A DNA stretch of 64,000 nt. Source: Octopus vulgaris. Taxonomy: Eukaryota. Positions 25,533 to 41,490 of this stretch are shown here, in pieces. Made by a program: the position numbers and the translations under genes. Position 1 is the first letter of the stretch. Each line of letters begins with the position of its first letter. The notes beneath the pieces are model-generated. The model was not told the DNA's origin and made no database searches. It was given only the letters and a program-made list of their open reading frames with translations. Location of the stretch: NCBI GenBank assembly GCA_951406725.2, contig OX597814.1, positions 181,722,001 through 181,786,000 on the forward strand, written 5' to 3'.

Positions 25533-26290
25533 CGATATTTTAGGTGGAGTGAATGGTCACCATTTGTAACGATATATTTTAGGATATGTGTTGGAGTCGG
25601 CTGTTACTAATTGTAACGGATATTGATGTTGCAGATGTGCAAGATGAAAGAAGAACAGTGATCAAAGTTGCTGTTGACTCCAATTTTTTAATTACCGTTA
25701 CTTAAAATATTGCCATGCCTCAACGGGCTGGTGTGTGTGTAATAATATAAGTGGAAAAGTATGCGGGGTAAAGAAAGTAAATTTCGGCTTGCATGTATGT
25801 GTAGGCGATCTCATAGTAGTATATATAGAGAGAGATGGTAATGTTGCAGAGGAAAGAAATTGAGCTAATGAAAGCGAGAGGGTGTGGGACGAGACAACTT
25901 CTGCGTTGGTTTAATTCCTTCTAACTCCATAGTTGTCACTCTGACGTTACTTCAGTCGAGACAGCATTTCGTTTGAACCGGTCAACTTTCCTTCTATCAG
26001 TTGCTCTCACTAACGTTTCCCTGAAGGCTGCTAGAATTTATAAGAATGCAAGAAGCAACCAAAACAAAGGATATTTTGTGGGATCCATTGTTATCTCAAT
26101 TCACTTATCTGCCGCAGACGAGGTTAGAAGGTCAAGTGGCAAAGACGTAAATCGACCTAGCGAAACCATCTGATAAATGTAACTGTCATTATTGTTTTCT
26201 CTGTGAGAAAAGTGCTGTTGAAATGTTAAAGGAAATTGGCAGATTCAGGTTCGAATCTACTCTATGCCTAAATGAAGTCACTACATATTC

Positions 26291-27744
26291 TCTATATATA
26301 AAACTGAAATGCATTTCGACCGTTTGTATCGCTTTCAAGGTCACTACATCCCGTCCGATTGACTCCAAAATTTACAGGGACATGTAAAATGAGGTGACGA
26401 TGACCGTGGGCTACCTTAGAAATCCCTATCTTAAAAGGTGTCGTTGCTAGGACCAAAAACCTACTTTGACAAGTCCACTCTCGTTCTTTAATGTATCTGT
26501 CTTCCTCAACTCACTCTTGCTATTTCCTCTCTTCCCAGCACTTTTTCACTCACTCTGTTTCCTACCTTACTACTTTCACTTCGTCAAACCGCGTTCTTTT
26601 ATGTATCTGTCTGCATTCATAGAGAGAAATATCATCGCCATATGCAACGCGTCTATCAACGACAGCCGCAAAATTTTAAATATTCCTACTTCACCTCTTT
26701 CAGAAACGTAACAGATATTATTTTTTGTGGCGGGGTTAAAGGCCACTAGATCCTGTCGGATTCACTCCAAAATTTACACCTTTTCTTTCTACCTCTAACT
26801 CCCCTTCAATCATCGCCACCACCACCACCACCACCACCAACACACAATCATGACAATCTTTCTCTTAAAACAAATCATGTTTACATTGCAAAATATTTCA
26901 TTTTTCAGTCCTCTCTTTCATATATCACCCTTTCTTTCTCGAGCTCTCTCTTTTTCCCCCTTCCATCCCTTTTCTCTCTATCAATTTATTTCTATGCTCA
27001 AGCCGACCGTCGTTAACAAAAATTTTTCTGTAAGTTTTACAAATTTTTCCAATTTTCATATATTTACATCTTAACTATTTTATTCGTTTTCTCATTCTAA
27101 ACAAAATCAACTTTAGGTTTACAAATATTTCATTTTCCAGATTTTATTTTCAATATGCCTAGGCGTAAACACTCCAACTTATCAAACCACCGAGCTACAG
27201 TCAGGAAATGGAAAAGGAGGGAGGCACATGCTCGGGTAATTTTTTGATTACTAAATAGCCTTTTTATCTAAAAGACAAATTTTTCTAATACGGGCTTTTC
27301 ACTTGCCTTCTGGTGATAACTTACCGTTTAAAAAAATTTTTTTTTTAACATTTTACTTTACTGAAAATATTAAAATCATTAACATAATCCCTCATTCGCT
27401 ATCTTTTCTGCATTTTTCTAAGCTATACTCAAATCACATTTTTCCAATGTTTTAACTGTCAATTTAAAAAAAAAAGGATTCATATTTTATAAGTTCAATG
27501 AAAATGAGCTCTTCGTACTTTTAAAATTTACTGAGAAAAACTTACAATATACACCCCTATTTTTCATAATTTTTTAATGCACATTGCTTTTTATCCTCCT
27601 TTTCTTCATGAAGGATCAATCACATATTTATTCGGTTCATTTATATATGTGTGTGTGTCTGTGTGTGTGTTCTATATATATATATATATAGTATATTGGA
27701 TATATGTTATCCCATGGAGGGTTGCATTTACAACCCCTATCTCA

Positions 27745-27803
<59 letters not shown>

Positions 27804-29400
27804 TAAATCACATTTTCCAATGCTTTAACTGTCAATTTCAAAATAAAAGTATTCATATTTTATAAGTTAAATGTAAATGAGCTCTTCGTTTTTTTAAAAT
27901 TTACTGAGAAAAACTGACAATATACACCCCTATTTTTCATAATTTTTTTATGCACATTGCTCTTTATCCTCCTGTTATCCATGAAAACAGTACTAGAAAA
28001 ACCCCACGTCGCCAGACATTCTACAAAGCCTAATTATCATTCAGAGAAGTATGAACATTTTTACACATACAAAATTCATGGACAGTGCTACCATCAAATG
28101 GGAAGTCTTCGGCCACTGCCTGGTAAAGAGCCTACATTAATGCAGGTTTTCTTTGTTGGTGGTCACGATGAGGAACTTGCTATCAGGAAAAAAAATAATC
28201 CAAAACTAGAGCAGCATGTTATTGAAGTACTTCAGATGATGCTCCACCAGACTCATCCTTACGTTCGTTAGTTCAAAAATGCTATGGATACATTGGATTC
28301 TCAACCTCATTTAAAATTGGTGATACATGCCGACAAAACTCCTGCCGGTGAGCACCCTGGTCGTTTCAACGCTCCAGCTACGAATGAAGTTGCAGCACTC
28401 ATGGTCGATGAGGTCCATGGAAATCGTGACATAATCCTCCGTCAGCGCGACGAAGACGTGACTTTTGTTTCAGAATTACACCGATGTTACGATTGCTTGC
28501 AGCCCTCTCCTTTTTCCTCATGGAGAGGATGGATACCACTTAGAAATTCAAAAGTTTGATCCCACAATTCTCACACTTCTTGACAAGAACGTTTCCTGCA
28601 AGGCATTTTACGCCTATCGACTCATGCTGCGAGAAAACGATTTCAATTTATTACTAAGGTGCCATTCTTTGACCAATCAGTTTTTGGTCGACATGTATTG
28701 TAAAATTGAGTCCGAACGTTTAAAATACATTCGTTCTCACCAGGACCAATTGAGAGCGACAGAATACGTTAATCTAGAGGATGCAATGCGTCAAGACGGT
28801 GATGCAGCCAACGTTGGAAAACGTATTATTCTTCCTTCAACATTTATTGGCTCACCTCGGTATATGAATAAACGAATGCAGGACGCAATGACATACCTCG
28901 GTAAGTTTGGAAAGCCGGATCTCTTCATTACATTTACCTGCAATCCTACCTGGCCAGAGATTAAAGAGAATGTGTTCACTGGGCAGCTGTCAGAGCACAG
29001 ACATGACATTGTGGCGCGCGTTTTTCATGCCAAGTTGAAGAAAATGGTATTTTTACTGAAGGTTTTGCATATTTTTGGCCCACTGTCTGCTTGAATGTAT
29101 ACTGTGGAATGGCAGAAGAGAGGTCTTCCACACGTTCATATGCTAGCCTGGTGTCAGGATAGAATCCACCCTATGGATATTGACAGAATTATATCTGCTG
29201 AGTTGCCCGATCAAAATGCTGATCCTCAGCTGCACAGCAGTGTGACAAAGCATATGATTCACGGTCCATGTGGTGACCTTAATCCGATAAGTCCATGCAT
29301 GAAGAATAAAAGATGTTCGAAGCGGTACCCTAGAGACTATTGCGGTCAAACCTGCACTATGAATGACGGATATCCCATCTACCGAAGGCGTAACCCTGGA
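26291..29400 (+). mobile_element. Truncated, internally deleted Helitron
   Basis: Putative 5' end TCTATATATAAAA at 26291, a ~170-bp internal duplication (27430-27600 / 27803-27975) and a Rep pseudogene downstream. Confidence 0.6.
28066..29395 (+). pseudogene. Helitron RepHel, Rep (HUH) domain fragment
   Basis: Motifs YKIHGQCYH, RFNAPATNEVAA, PLLFPHGEDG, LPSTFIGSPRYM, GKPDLFITFTCNPTWPEI, VEWQKRGLPHVH, HMIHGPCG and GYPIYRRR. Stops at ~28269 and 29092, frameshift near 28500. Confidence 0.93.
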
Positions 29401-29402
29401 AA

Positions 29403-30900
29403 AAGAACTTAGGATTAGATTTTATATTTTCCACTGTTCGGAGTTCCCTTAGCGAAATTTCTTATTCATAAGATAGTTTTAAGTCCATTTCGATGTTCTT
29501 TATTATTGTTTTTGTTTTGTTTTGTTATGTCTTGTTTTTTACAATCTCATCTATTGCGTGAGTTGGTTGTTTTTAGTTGTTTTGTTAGTTTGGTTCTGTT
29601 ACATATTAATATCCGGCTATCTTGTGGAATCAAGTTCTTGCGGGAAGAAGCGAGTTTATGTGGGGCATGCTTTCGACAGACCCTGATTAACTCTTAGTAC
29701 AGAAACTTCAATCCCTCGTTAACATAAAGGTTGCCAATATCCCGAGACCAGTTTATTTTGAGGATTTCAGTTTCGGTTTCCTTCCACTTGGCCTTCTTGA
29801 AATTCAAATTCATGAGGAGTGAGTTATGTTTGATACTATTTGTGTGTGTTACCTTCTTTGAATCATATACAGATAATTGTACAAACTTGTGATCAGAAAT
29901 AGCCGCTGGAATAACTTGAACATTGTGGATGAAGTCTGTATTGATAGTAAAGACTATGTCGAATATGTTATTTTCCCTAGTTGGTTGGGTAATGATTTGT
30001 TGCATGAGAAGAGCGTTCATATCCAGTTCAGTTTTATAGTTCTTGGTTGGATGTAGCCCTCAGGACAGCTGAGACTAAGAAAATTAGTCACTTGTTATTG
30101 GCCTCACTTTGGGTTTGATTTATGAGCGACAAAGCATCTCTGAAGTGATCTCTGTGGTTTACTGTGTCAAGAGGACGGTCACATGTACTATTGAGGTCGG
30201 TCACATGTACTATTAGTGTATTGCACACTGTGTTGAAATGGGAGAGGCGGACATTTTTTGACAGATCTTCACGGTTGAAGAGCGCTACTCGTTCTTTCCC
30301 TATTCTGCAGTTAATTCTGTTTAGTGCATGACATATGTACTTGCGCATCCAATATGTCTGGGGTTGGGTGCGCTTCACTAAGTGCTACACATATTGTCTT
30401 TTCTCTGTATGCAACGTCTCTAAGATATAATACTTTTGTTCGATTTGCTAAGTGTGAGACATTGTACATTTAGTATTATTATCCAGTTGATTTTTTGGGT
30501 TAATAACAATAATGATGTTGTGCACTAGAGTAATAGCTGTTATTGGTGTTCTGTAAGAACTAAAAGATTTCTTTATATTTCTTTTGCCAGATTCATCATG
30601 ACTAAAAAAATAATTTTCTTGTTTTGGGAGGGGTTGTTGTCTGGAGTTGCTATGGTTATACTGTTGAATATTGTTATAGTTATATGGTTTGCAGCTGCTG
30701 ATTTTACTATTGTACCCGATGTATATCTGGGTGACTTCTGGGTTTCGATGAAAGTCTGGACCGACACTGCCAATGTAAGGGATTCTTCTGTGGATTTGGT
30801 GATGGCTTTGACTCCCGCTTTTAATAGTGCGTCGAGTAGCTGGATGATGAGTGAAGGGACAGTCACATTTCAGACATAATCTTTTGCGTTGGGAAAAGCG
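29403..30900 (-). mobile_element. Degenerate LINE 5' part with AP-endonuclease fragment
   Basis: QIITQPTRENNIFDIVFT...ISDHKFV...NFKKAKW (29694-30020) is the C-terminal APE motif PTR....LD......SDH. Confidence 0.75.
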
Positions 30901-32598
30901 ACAGACTTTAGGATTCCGGGTTACACGTGTAGAAGCTTGTAGAACGACCGTGCGAAAGGAGAGGTGACGAATGAATGAATGACTCCTTTAAACATCGCAC
31001 AGTCGCCTTACAATAAAAGCCAAAATATGGATAAATGAATATGAGTGCCAGAATGAAATAAGGAAGACGACACAATCGGAAAATGTTTAAGAGAAAGCTT
31101 TTATTTAGATGTTAACAGAATGTGCCCGTGTGTGCGACATAAGTACATACATAATAAGAACAATTATAATAGACAGGCCGTCATGCATATGATAATGTGT
31201 ATGTGTGTGCAAACAAGGATGTATGCGTGTGAGATAAAATACAGAGCATAGAAATGAGTCTATAACAGGACGCTAGAAGTTCAGGCACAAGATGAAGATA
31301 ATACCAGTTCGTAGTCAGGTATACAATAGTTGGAGTTCTGTACAAGAAGTTGAGGTCACAAGGCAGAGCCGGTTGAACACATGTCGTGTAAGCAGTTGTG
31401 GCTTCTATGCTGTGCCGGGTTACTTTGTAGAGAAGGTACTCGCAGGTTGAGCTTACTGTTAACCATGGTGAAGTATTCACAAACTCTGAGAAGTTAAACC
31501 TAGGCGAAGTTGCTGTTGGCGTCGTTAAGATGAAGGCGACGGTGGTGGAGGCGACGGAGATGGAGGTCCTGAAATGCTGCTAGTGTTGTCTATCGCTGGA
31601 ACTGGCTGTGTCGCTCTGTGGTCAGTGACTAGACCTTAGAAGGTCTAGAACTAAAGACAAAAATACTGTTTGTTGATCTAGCTTTTATAGTTACTAGGAG
31701 GCTCCAACAGAGAATTTAGAAGACTGTGTCACGGGACCTTATCAGAAGGCTGCAATTGGTTGGGTCGCACATTGGCGCGTAATAGAACAAGAGACAAATT
31801 GCGCCAATACTAACGAAGGTTAGCTGTTATCTGCTACGTCCGTATTTATGTTATATAATGGAGAGAGAGAGAGAGAGAGAGAGAATTTCACTAAGCGTCC
31901 GCTACAAGCTATTAAGTGTGATTCAGTATTTAGTGGGTGGTGGTGGTGGTGGTGGTGTAAGGTGTATGCTTTGGCGTTGGCTGGTGTTGCTTGTACGAAT
32001 TTTGCGTCTTTTCCCAGGTAAATGGGAAAAGTTGCAGACACTGCATATGCATAATCTCTCTCGTTGAGAATAATGGCATATTTCTGTATTTCGTATGTTC
32101 CTAAATTTTGTTTTATTTACAAATGGCAGATATATCATAGAGCTGTGAGGTGTACATTCAGATTGAGGTGGACAGGGTGAGGGAGGAAGGAGTGAGTCTT
32201 CACTAATTGGAGTAGTAGTAGTGATAAGTCGCAGGAGAATAGTATGATAATGGTGATGATGGCTATCTTATGTTATTCTGAGAAAGTGAGGAATTTGAGT
32301 GGCCTGACTGTAGAGAAGAGCTGGGGACTGTGTTGTTAGTCGTCAATTGTGCTTGTCTTGAGGAGTGACTGTGGATGCTGATCTTGTTTAGTTGGGGTAA
32401 AGGTAGTAGCAGTAGAACATTATGTTAATGGTAGTCAGTTGTGGTATTCAGAGGAAATAAGAACGTGGATAGCTAGACTGTGAAGGGCTGTTGATTGTGG
32501 AGTTTAATAGGTCATCAATTATGCTAGTATTGAGGAATAGCCATGGCTACTGCTGCTTCTGCTGTTGTTGTTGTAGAAAATACATGTATAAGATACAT

Positions 32599-34178
<1,580 letters not shown>

Positions 34179-35737
34179 GAAAATACATGTTGAAGTTTCT
34201 CAAAATGCCTGTGAGCTAATTTAAACGAGATGTGAATATGTTTGACTTTATTTTGTATCTGTTTCTCCGATCGGTTATTGAGCAGTTAGAGTGTTGGCAA
34301 TATAATTCAGACATAAAAGTGTCTATGTTTAGGGTTTGGGAAAGTCAAAAACTATGCATTTATAAGAATGTTGGTTACATTCTCAGACCACGTTTGTTTA
34401 TTGTAGACGTATTGTGTAGCCATGAGTCCGTGTAACGTTGATATATGGATGTGGAGGCAGAAATGCATGAATGTTTTTGAGTAAATGTGTTCAAACGTAT
34501 GATATGTGTGATCTATCTATTCATTAAATGCTGGAAAAATTTAGTGTCTCGCAAGTCTGTGACTATAGTAACATTAAGTTTCTCAATAAAATTGCACCTA
34601 TCGTTGAGTTTTAAAACTAATCATGAGGTTTTTGCAGCCACTACTAATTTATATTTGCTTCTTCACACGGCATACAAAATCGTGGATTTCGAAGATTTTT
34701 CAGTTGAATAGCTGGGTTGAGTTGAATTCTATTTCTTCAGCTACTGACTGGTCATAGCTATGAAAAACACATCTAGCACGACATAGGTCTCTTGTTTTTC
34801 TTGTGGTAATATGATGCGCATCTCTTGCTTGGGATGATATGATAGACATGGCCGGAATACCTTTAATCATATATTTGGCCAGTCAGACTAAATAATTCTA
34901 TATTGAACGATTTACATTCCATAATATGAAAAAAGTCACGATCAGAACGCTTTTGTTCAAAGTTTCGTTCGATCCGAGGTGACCGGAGCTTGGTATCAAC
35001 ATTTCATTCACCATTACCACCCTAATTTTCCTTATTTTCTATTTTGTCGTTCACCCACGAGAAACAAATAATCCAACCTGTATAACACTAGGCATATAGA
35101 ATAATTTATCTCATTCACTCAACGGTGTGCTACGTAATTTTCCTCGTTTCATCAGTACAACTCGCCATTATCTTTATTGCCGTCATCTCTATAAATACCG
35201 CCAGTTTGAACCAACAAGAGCGCGCTTATACTGTCATTTGCCCTACTTGAAAAAGCAACCATATTTGGCGAACTTTCAATTTATAACATGAGTTACACTT
35301 TCAGGAAAGCCGTGAAATGATTTTGTTGAGTATATCTTCTGCCAAGACTGAAATACAGTTTTTTGCTCTACTTTTATCATGCGACCTGTTCTTTTACTTT
35401 CACTTTTGCCACACGGCAGTTGCATTTTTGTTGCCAGCCTGCAATTACTGTTCACGAGCGATAATGTGCTAATTCAATCGTTTTTGTTTTCTCTGAAAGA
35501 ATGAAACTAGTCTTCTGCTTTATAAGCACCCCCACCTCATTAAGTGAAATAATGTATTCGATATTAATTTTTCTTCATTTTGCGTTACTTTCATTATCGT
35601 TCCCCTTATTTATTTGTTGTCGATATATATTTTTTCGTTTATTTCTTTTCCCATCTGTTACAGTTTGTTGTTGTTTAAGACGGAAATACAAATTTTGACG
35701 ATGAAACAGTAAATGTCAATAACCTATATAGTACGAG

Positions 35738-36185
35738 GATCTTATCTGTTTGGCTGCCAAGATTTCAAAAATTAAAGTTTATTGAAAATTTGAAAATTTG
35801 GTACATTAATATAGTTTTCCAAACTGAATTACTGGAGTTATTTCACTTTTATCAAAATTTTTTTTTTTTAAGTTATAGGAGTCAGGAAATGAGATTTGGA
35901 AGCTGTCATTTTGTGCGTGACTGCACATTTTATCAAGATCGTGAAAATAGCACTTGCGTTTTTATATGAAACCGTAAACAAATCAACAGCTGTATAATTT
36001 AGGTTCATCTCCAGTTCTTCAACATAAAACAGGACTGAAATAAACTCCTTAACCCATGAGTAAAGGAAAAGTACTACAGCCCTAAGAAGGGTGCCACCTT
36101 CAAACCATGTGTCTTTCGTCACTGACACATACTCCATATATCCTTGGCGCATACATCGCCAATAAAAAGGTTTTGGTGCTCTCAA
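35738..36185 (-). pseudogene. Merlin/IS1595-like transposase N-terminal fragment near a GGATC-type end
   Basis: WRC...VSVTKDTWFEG...VVLFLYSWVKE....F..EELEM....TAVD resembles the Merlin S.R..TWFE...L...Y.W...EL....T.VDW pattern. GGATCTTATCTGTTTGG at 35738 resembles the MITE TIRs. Confidence 0.5.
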
Positions 36186-37080
36186 TATATGTAAATGATT
36201 CCAAATGTAAACTAAAATAATTTAAAATGTAAACAATAATAAACCATAAAATTATTTTTTATTTTTCAAAATGAAACAAAACAAACAGTAAGATGGAAAA
36301 TAATGTTTATTTTTGTATACTTCCACTTTATTTATATTCAAAAGTTTTCTCCGTTTTTTTTAAAAATTTAATTGCAATGTTTTCGATAATATTGTTAAAA
36401 TTAATTTTACGTAAAACGTCTGCTTCTATACTTAGTAGAGATAAGGCATTACTAATATTACTTTAGCAAGTTTAAAGTGACTTCTATCGTGCCGTAAACC
36501 CTTTTCATATCTGTGGTGCCCCCGTCCCTTGATGCCCTAAGCACGTGATTATTTTGCTTAATTGTTAATCCAGCGATGCTTCTACGTGAAGTTCTTCTGA
36601 AATTCCGTGGTCGATCCTCTTTGACGGATGTAATGTTTAAAATATATATGCAAAATAGTATAAATCTCCACAGATATTGAAGAAAACAAGGCAACCTCAC
36701 AAGTACGCACACACATACACACATACACATGTCTGTAAATCTATACATGCATACACACACGTATGTAAGTCTATGCATATATGTGTGTATGCATACATAT
36801 ATACGCACTGAGACACACCAGAGAGACCTTGTGATGCTTGTCTTACTACTTCAGCGACGAAATCATTCGTTTGATAATTATTTCCCCGTGACATACCATC
36901 TCTGCTATGAGGGTCACACAACTCGACAACTCTCTGTACTCAGTATAGCTTTACACAGAGGTTCTTCAGAGAACTCACTTTTACTCTTCCTTAACTTCTC
37001 ATTAACTCAGCCACTAAATTTCTACATGCGCATCAGCACCTCACACAATCATGACAAAAAAGCACCATTCTTTCTGCCTA

Positions 37081-37260
37081 CAGTGGTCCCTCGTTTATCG
37101 CGGTAGATTGGTTCCGAGACCGGCCGCGATAGCTGAATTTCCGCAAAGTAGGGACACCATATTTACAGTATTTATTTAACGTGTATTTGGACTTTTAAAA
37201 CCCTTCCTGTACTGTTAACAACCCACCCATTACTGTAGTCTATTAATAACAAGGACAACT
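37081..37260 (+). mobile_element. Tigger/pogo-like DNA transposon end
   Basis: TA-CAGTGGTCCCTCGTTTATCGCGG terminus followed by a CGCGATA subterminal inverted motif; the other end was not found. Confidence 0.5.
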
Positions 37261-38200
37261 GTTAAGCAATAATACTTTAGATTTTAAAAAAATAAAGATT
37301 GTTACTGTACTCAACACGAAAGAAGTTGAAGTAAAATTTGAATGATGATGGTGATGAATTTGCTACGCAGTAGAAATGATGACGATGAAGCTGACGGCGG
37401 TTCCCTTTCCAGGGACACTTCTTCCACTTCTTCCGAAGGTGAAACCGTAGTAGTAGAAGAGGATATACTCGAAATGTCATAAACATTCCTACTTTCTTAA
37501 TAATTTAACTGAGTGTCAGACTTTGTTTTTACTTTGTATTCCTCGTTGTCAAACTCATCGTTGATTCTGAATCTCTGTCTCTCACTTTCAATCTCTCCCT
37601 ATACATGCGCCTGTGTGTGTATGTGTGTGCATGTAAGGTATCTGTGTGTATATGTGTAATGTATGTATGTATATGTACGTGCGCACGTGTCTGTGTACGT
37701 TGGTGTGGACTGATACGTTGTGTTCCTCCTCTTTATGCAAAGAGTAACTTAGCCATATGATGCTAAATAACAATGTAATGTGTAATAGACTGAAATTAGT
37801 ACAAACGTCAATATGATCCACTAAAAATTCTTGAAGGTGATGGCCATGTATGGCTGTAATCCAATAATGAAATCCAGAGAAAAATATATGCAAATATCAG
37901 TAAACTTATTTCAGTAAAATGCTTATTAGAAGCATTATATAAAGGTACACACACAAGCATCCTCCCCCACACACATTACATGTACATATATACATATGTG
38001 TGTGTGTATGACTAGTGAAAGCGAAAGTATTTTTTTATCTGTAAAGCAGTTATCGAGAAAACTCAATAGAAGTATAAATAATCTTTGAAGCGATAATGAT
38101 ATCTGAGTTCATCTACGAGGAAGAAACCTTTGAAAACAAAATCAAGCCATATATAGAAATAAATTTTCTCGTGATAGATTAACGAAACACACACATAGAC

Positions 38201-38246
<46 letters not shown>

Positions 38247-39149
38247 ATACGTGTACACACACACGCGCGTGCACAAACACACGCATACGTAAGCAACACA
38301 CACACACACACACTCGCACGTGTACACACACGCGCGCACAAACACACATACACGCAAACACACACACACATACACACAAACACGCCCACACACATTCAAA
38401 GGATTCATTAAGAATCGAGACATCAATGTGTAAGATGCCTCAATTGGCTAAATAGAATCACACAGAGCAAACGGTGAAGCAATCAATCATTATAGGCATC
38501 AGTTATACCCACTGGATACAGTTGTTAGGTAATTCTCAATTCCATTTATTTACAAATGATCCAATTCCTCGGTGAAACCTTGGTGCAGCGTAAGTATGTA
38601 AAATAACTGACGGCAATTGCTTCGGTAAAAATTTATTTCATGAAATCGTAAGAGATTACATCATAAATGTCCAACCTCATCAGGCGTTATTTAAACTTAG
38701 TCAACCATGACATGTCCTACTTATTTCAGCTAATGAAGTTGGGACATTAATATGTAAACAAGTTCAAGAGCTGTCAATCAACAAAGACACAGATTAAAGA
38801 ATAGAAGAAAAATATTTTAGTTTATGGTCTCACACAGATATCAGAAAGAAACCAAGACTATTACAGACAAAACGGCGTCAACGTATACATTAATCGCTCA
38901 TCATAATATGAGGCAGATATTTTGGTCAGTTCAACGAAGACACACATTTTATTATATATAAGAGTAGAAACAAGTTGGCATTTTATAAAGTTTAAAGATT
39001 GATTTATGAAGTTTGGATATTAATGAACTTAACACCAACTGTAGATCTGGTGTTGCTACCTGCATGCAACATAATTATATTCCAATTACTGATACCGTAT
39101 TAACAATATTTATCCACCACTAGTACTATGTAATTGTAGAGGTAACAGT

Positions 39150-39450
39150 AAATGCTCTCTTAACAATATATGCCTAAGTAGAAATATTGTTTAGAGATAT
39201 GATGTCCATACTAGCACAAATACATTTACTTACATAGGCTACGCATCTCATTCGTGTAAGCGTCGATTATATAACCATTTTCATACTTTTAAGAAAAGGG
39301 GTAAAACTAAAGTGACGTCACTAGCTACAAAAATCTGAGAATTGAAAGATGATAATATTGAATTCCATATTACCTGAAACTTTGTAAAACACGCCATGCC
39401 TTATACAAATCATAGGTATGGCAGTAAACTATGTTGCACCAAATTATTAT
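39150..39450 (+). pseudogene. PLE GIY-YIG endonuclease fragment (missed by the ORF track because of stops)
   Basis: KCSLNNICLSRNIV*RYDVHTSTNTFTYIGYASHSCKRRLYNHFHTFKKRGKTKVTSLATKI*ELKDDNIEFHIT*NFVKHAMPY...KLC. Confidence 0.75.
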
Positions 39451-40500
39451 AAATCCTTGGTGTCCTGGGAAGTTCACAATAAGTCTAATGAATTTGGACT
39501 GTAATGGTCACATCACAGTACAAACTAATTTTTTTTACCTGTTAGCTAGATCGTTTGCGGGTTTTATGCTATTAGTTTTTCTAGCCTTAGGTATTTTCCC
39601 TCTATAAATTTAATTGATTAGGCTACTTCTCATTACTGTAGTATTACGAATATTCTAAATTTAGCATTTCCCGTAGCCTTTACACATAATGAATAATGTA
39701 CACTTTAACTTTAATTCAGATATTCAAAACTATCTGAATAGTTGCGTCACACACATATACCACTGATTTACCATGGTTCTATCATAGTTTAGATCGAGAC
39801 AGTCATTTCATAGTATGATACACTGTATCAAACGAACATTCCCGATTCTAGTGCTAACTCTTAGTTTGTGGCGTGTGTTCATCAATCTGTGTCGGTTTTT
39901 ATCATATTGGCTTTATATTAGACGTTTATTAGACCAGGGTATAATTTCTTCTTTTCTTATGTACGTTTGTATGCTTCTATGTATGTGCGTATGAACGTTT
40001 ATGTGTGTATGCATGTGTGTGCATATGTATATACATATGTGTGTGTGTAAGAGCATTCTGTCTCTCTGCCTATCTGTCTGTTTGTCTTTCAGTATGCATG
40101 TATGTATGTATGTGTATGATTGTGTATATGTATATGTATGCATATATACATTTATATCTGTGCCTGTGTGTATGTGTGTGCATATGAATATATACGTATA
40201 TATGTGAGGTTGTGTATATAAGTATCAATGTATGTATGTATGTATGTATGTATGTATGTATGTATCTATGTGTATGTATGTATGTATGAATGCGTGTATG
40301 AATGTAGATCTATATGTGTATGATTGTGTATATGTATATGTATGTATGCATACATACATTTATATCTGTGCGTGTGTGTATCTGTGCATATGAATATATA
40401 CGTATATATGTGAAGCTGTGTATGTATGTATGTATGTATGTATGTATGTATGTATGTATGTATGTATGTATGTATGTATGTATGTATGTATGTATGTATG

Positions 40501-41056
40501 TATGTGGTTGTCCTGAAGGTTCCTGCCGATTTATAGTAGCTTACCTTTCGACTTATTCTAGAACATGGTTGAGTCCATAAAATAAGATTTAACTACACCT
40601 CCATTTAGAGCACAGTTTAAGCTATCTTTTCGTGGAAGAAGATTTATGTTCCTATAACCTGTGTTAATTCTGTAACCCTTTAAAATGGAAGATAAGGAAG
40701 TTCATTTTCGGCACTTGATGCTTTGGGAACCAGACAAAAATTGCGGCAGCTCGGCTGGGATGTGTAACGCCACCCTCCATATTCACCAGATATTGCTCCT
40801 TAGGATTTCCACTTATTCAGGTCTCTGCAGAATAGTCTTGATGGTAAAAATTTCAATTCCTTGGATGACGTAAAAAGATACCTTGATGAAACCACCTCAA
40901 TTCTGGGAAGAGGGTATTTTCAAGTTAAAGGAAAGATGGAGACGCATTGTGTAACAAAATGGTTCATATTTAGTTGATTAAAAATGTAATGGCAAGTAGT
41001 TATTGACCATTTTCTTTCCTTTAAAAATCGGCACGATCTTTCCGAACAACCCAATA
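40501..41056 (+). mobile_element. Internally deleted mariner element nested in a (TATG)n tract
   Basis: Imperfect TIRs GGTTGTCCTGAAGGTTCCTGCCGATTT / AAATCGGCACGATCTTTCCGAACAACC. N-terminal MEDKEVHFRHLMLWE is fused to C-terminal HPPYSPDIAP*DFHLFRSLQNSLDGKNF. Confidence 0.88.
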
Positions 41057-41415
41057 TGTATGTATGAGTTTCAATCTAGTGCGTACATGTTAAGTATAGG
41101 AGAGTGTGCTTGTGTATGCCAGTGTGTATTTTTATATATAATAAAATGAATTTATCCTGTTAAACTGACTAAAATATCTGCCCTATATTATGATGAACGT
41201 CTAATGTATACTTTGATGCCGTTTTATCTATAATTGTCTTAGTTTCTTTCTGCTATCTTTGTGTCCGACTATAAACTAAATTATATTTTTCCTTTCTTCA
41301 ATTTGTGCCGTAGTTGATTGATAGCTCTTTGAACACGCTCACTTGTTTATATATTCGTATCACATGTTCACTAGCTGAAATAATTAGGCTATGTGATAGT
41401 TGAATAAGTTTGAAT

Positions 41416-41490
41416 GGTGCCTGATGAGGTTGGAGCTTACATCATAATATGGTGTAATCTTTTATGATATTACCGAAAGAATTGTCGCAA
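41416..41490 (+). ncRNA. Degenerate type I hammerhead motif
   Basis: GTGC-CTGATGA-GGT...ACC-GAAA-gAATT-GTC-GCA, with an extended stem II and one stem III mismatch. Confidence 0.5.

Larger units (their letters stand above)
38605..41490 (+). mobile_element. Old Penelope-like element with inverted pseudo-LTRs (38605-38961 minus; 41131-41490 plus)
   Basis: Diverged ~350-bp inverted arms, each with a CTGATGA-GGT...ACC-GAA core, enclose a GIY-YIG remnant. Confidence 0.75.

Noticed and set aside
31040-32070. Possible solo LTR on the minus strand (TATA and AATAAA motifs)
   Set aside because: I could not define TG..CA ends, a TSD or a PBS.
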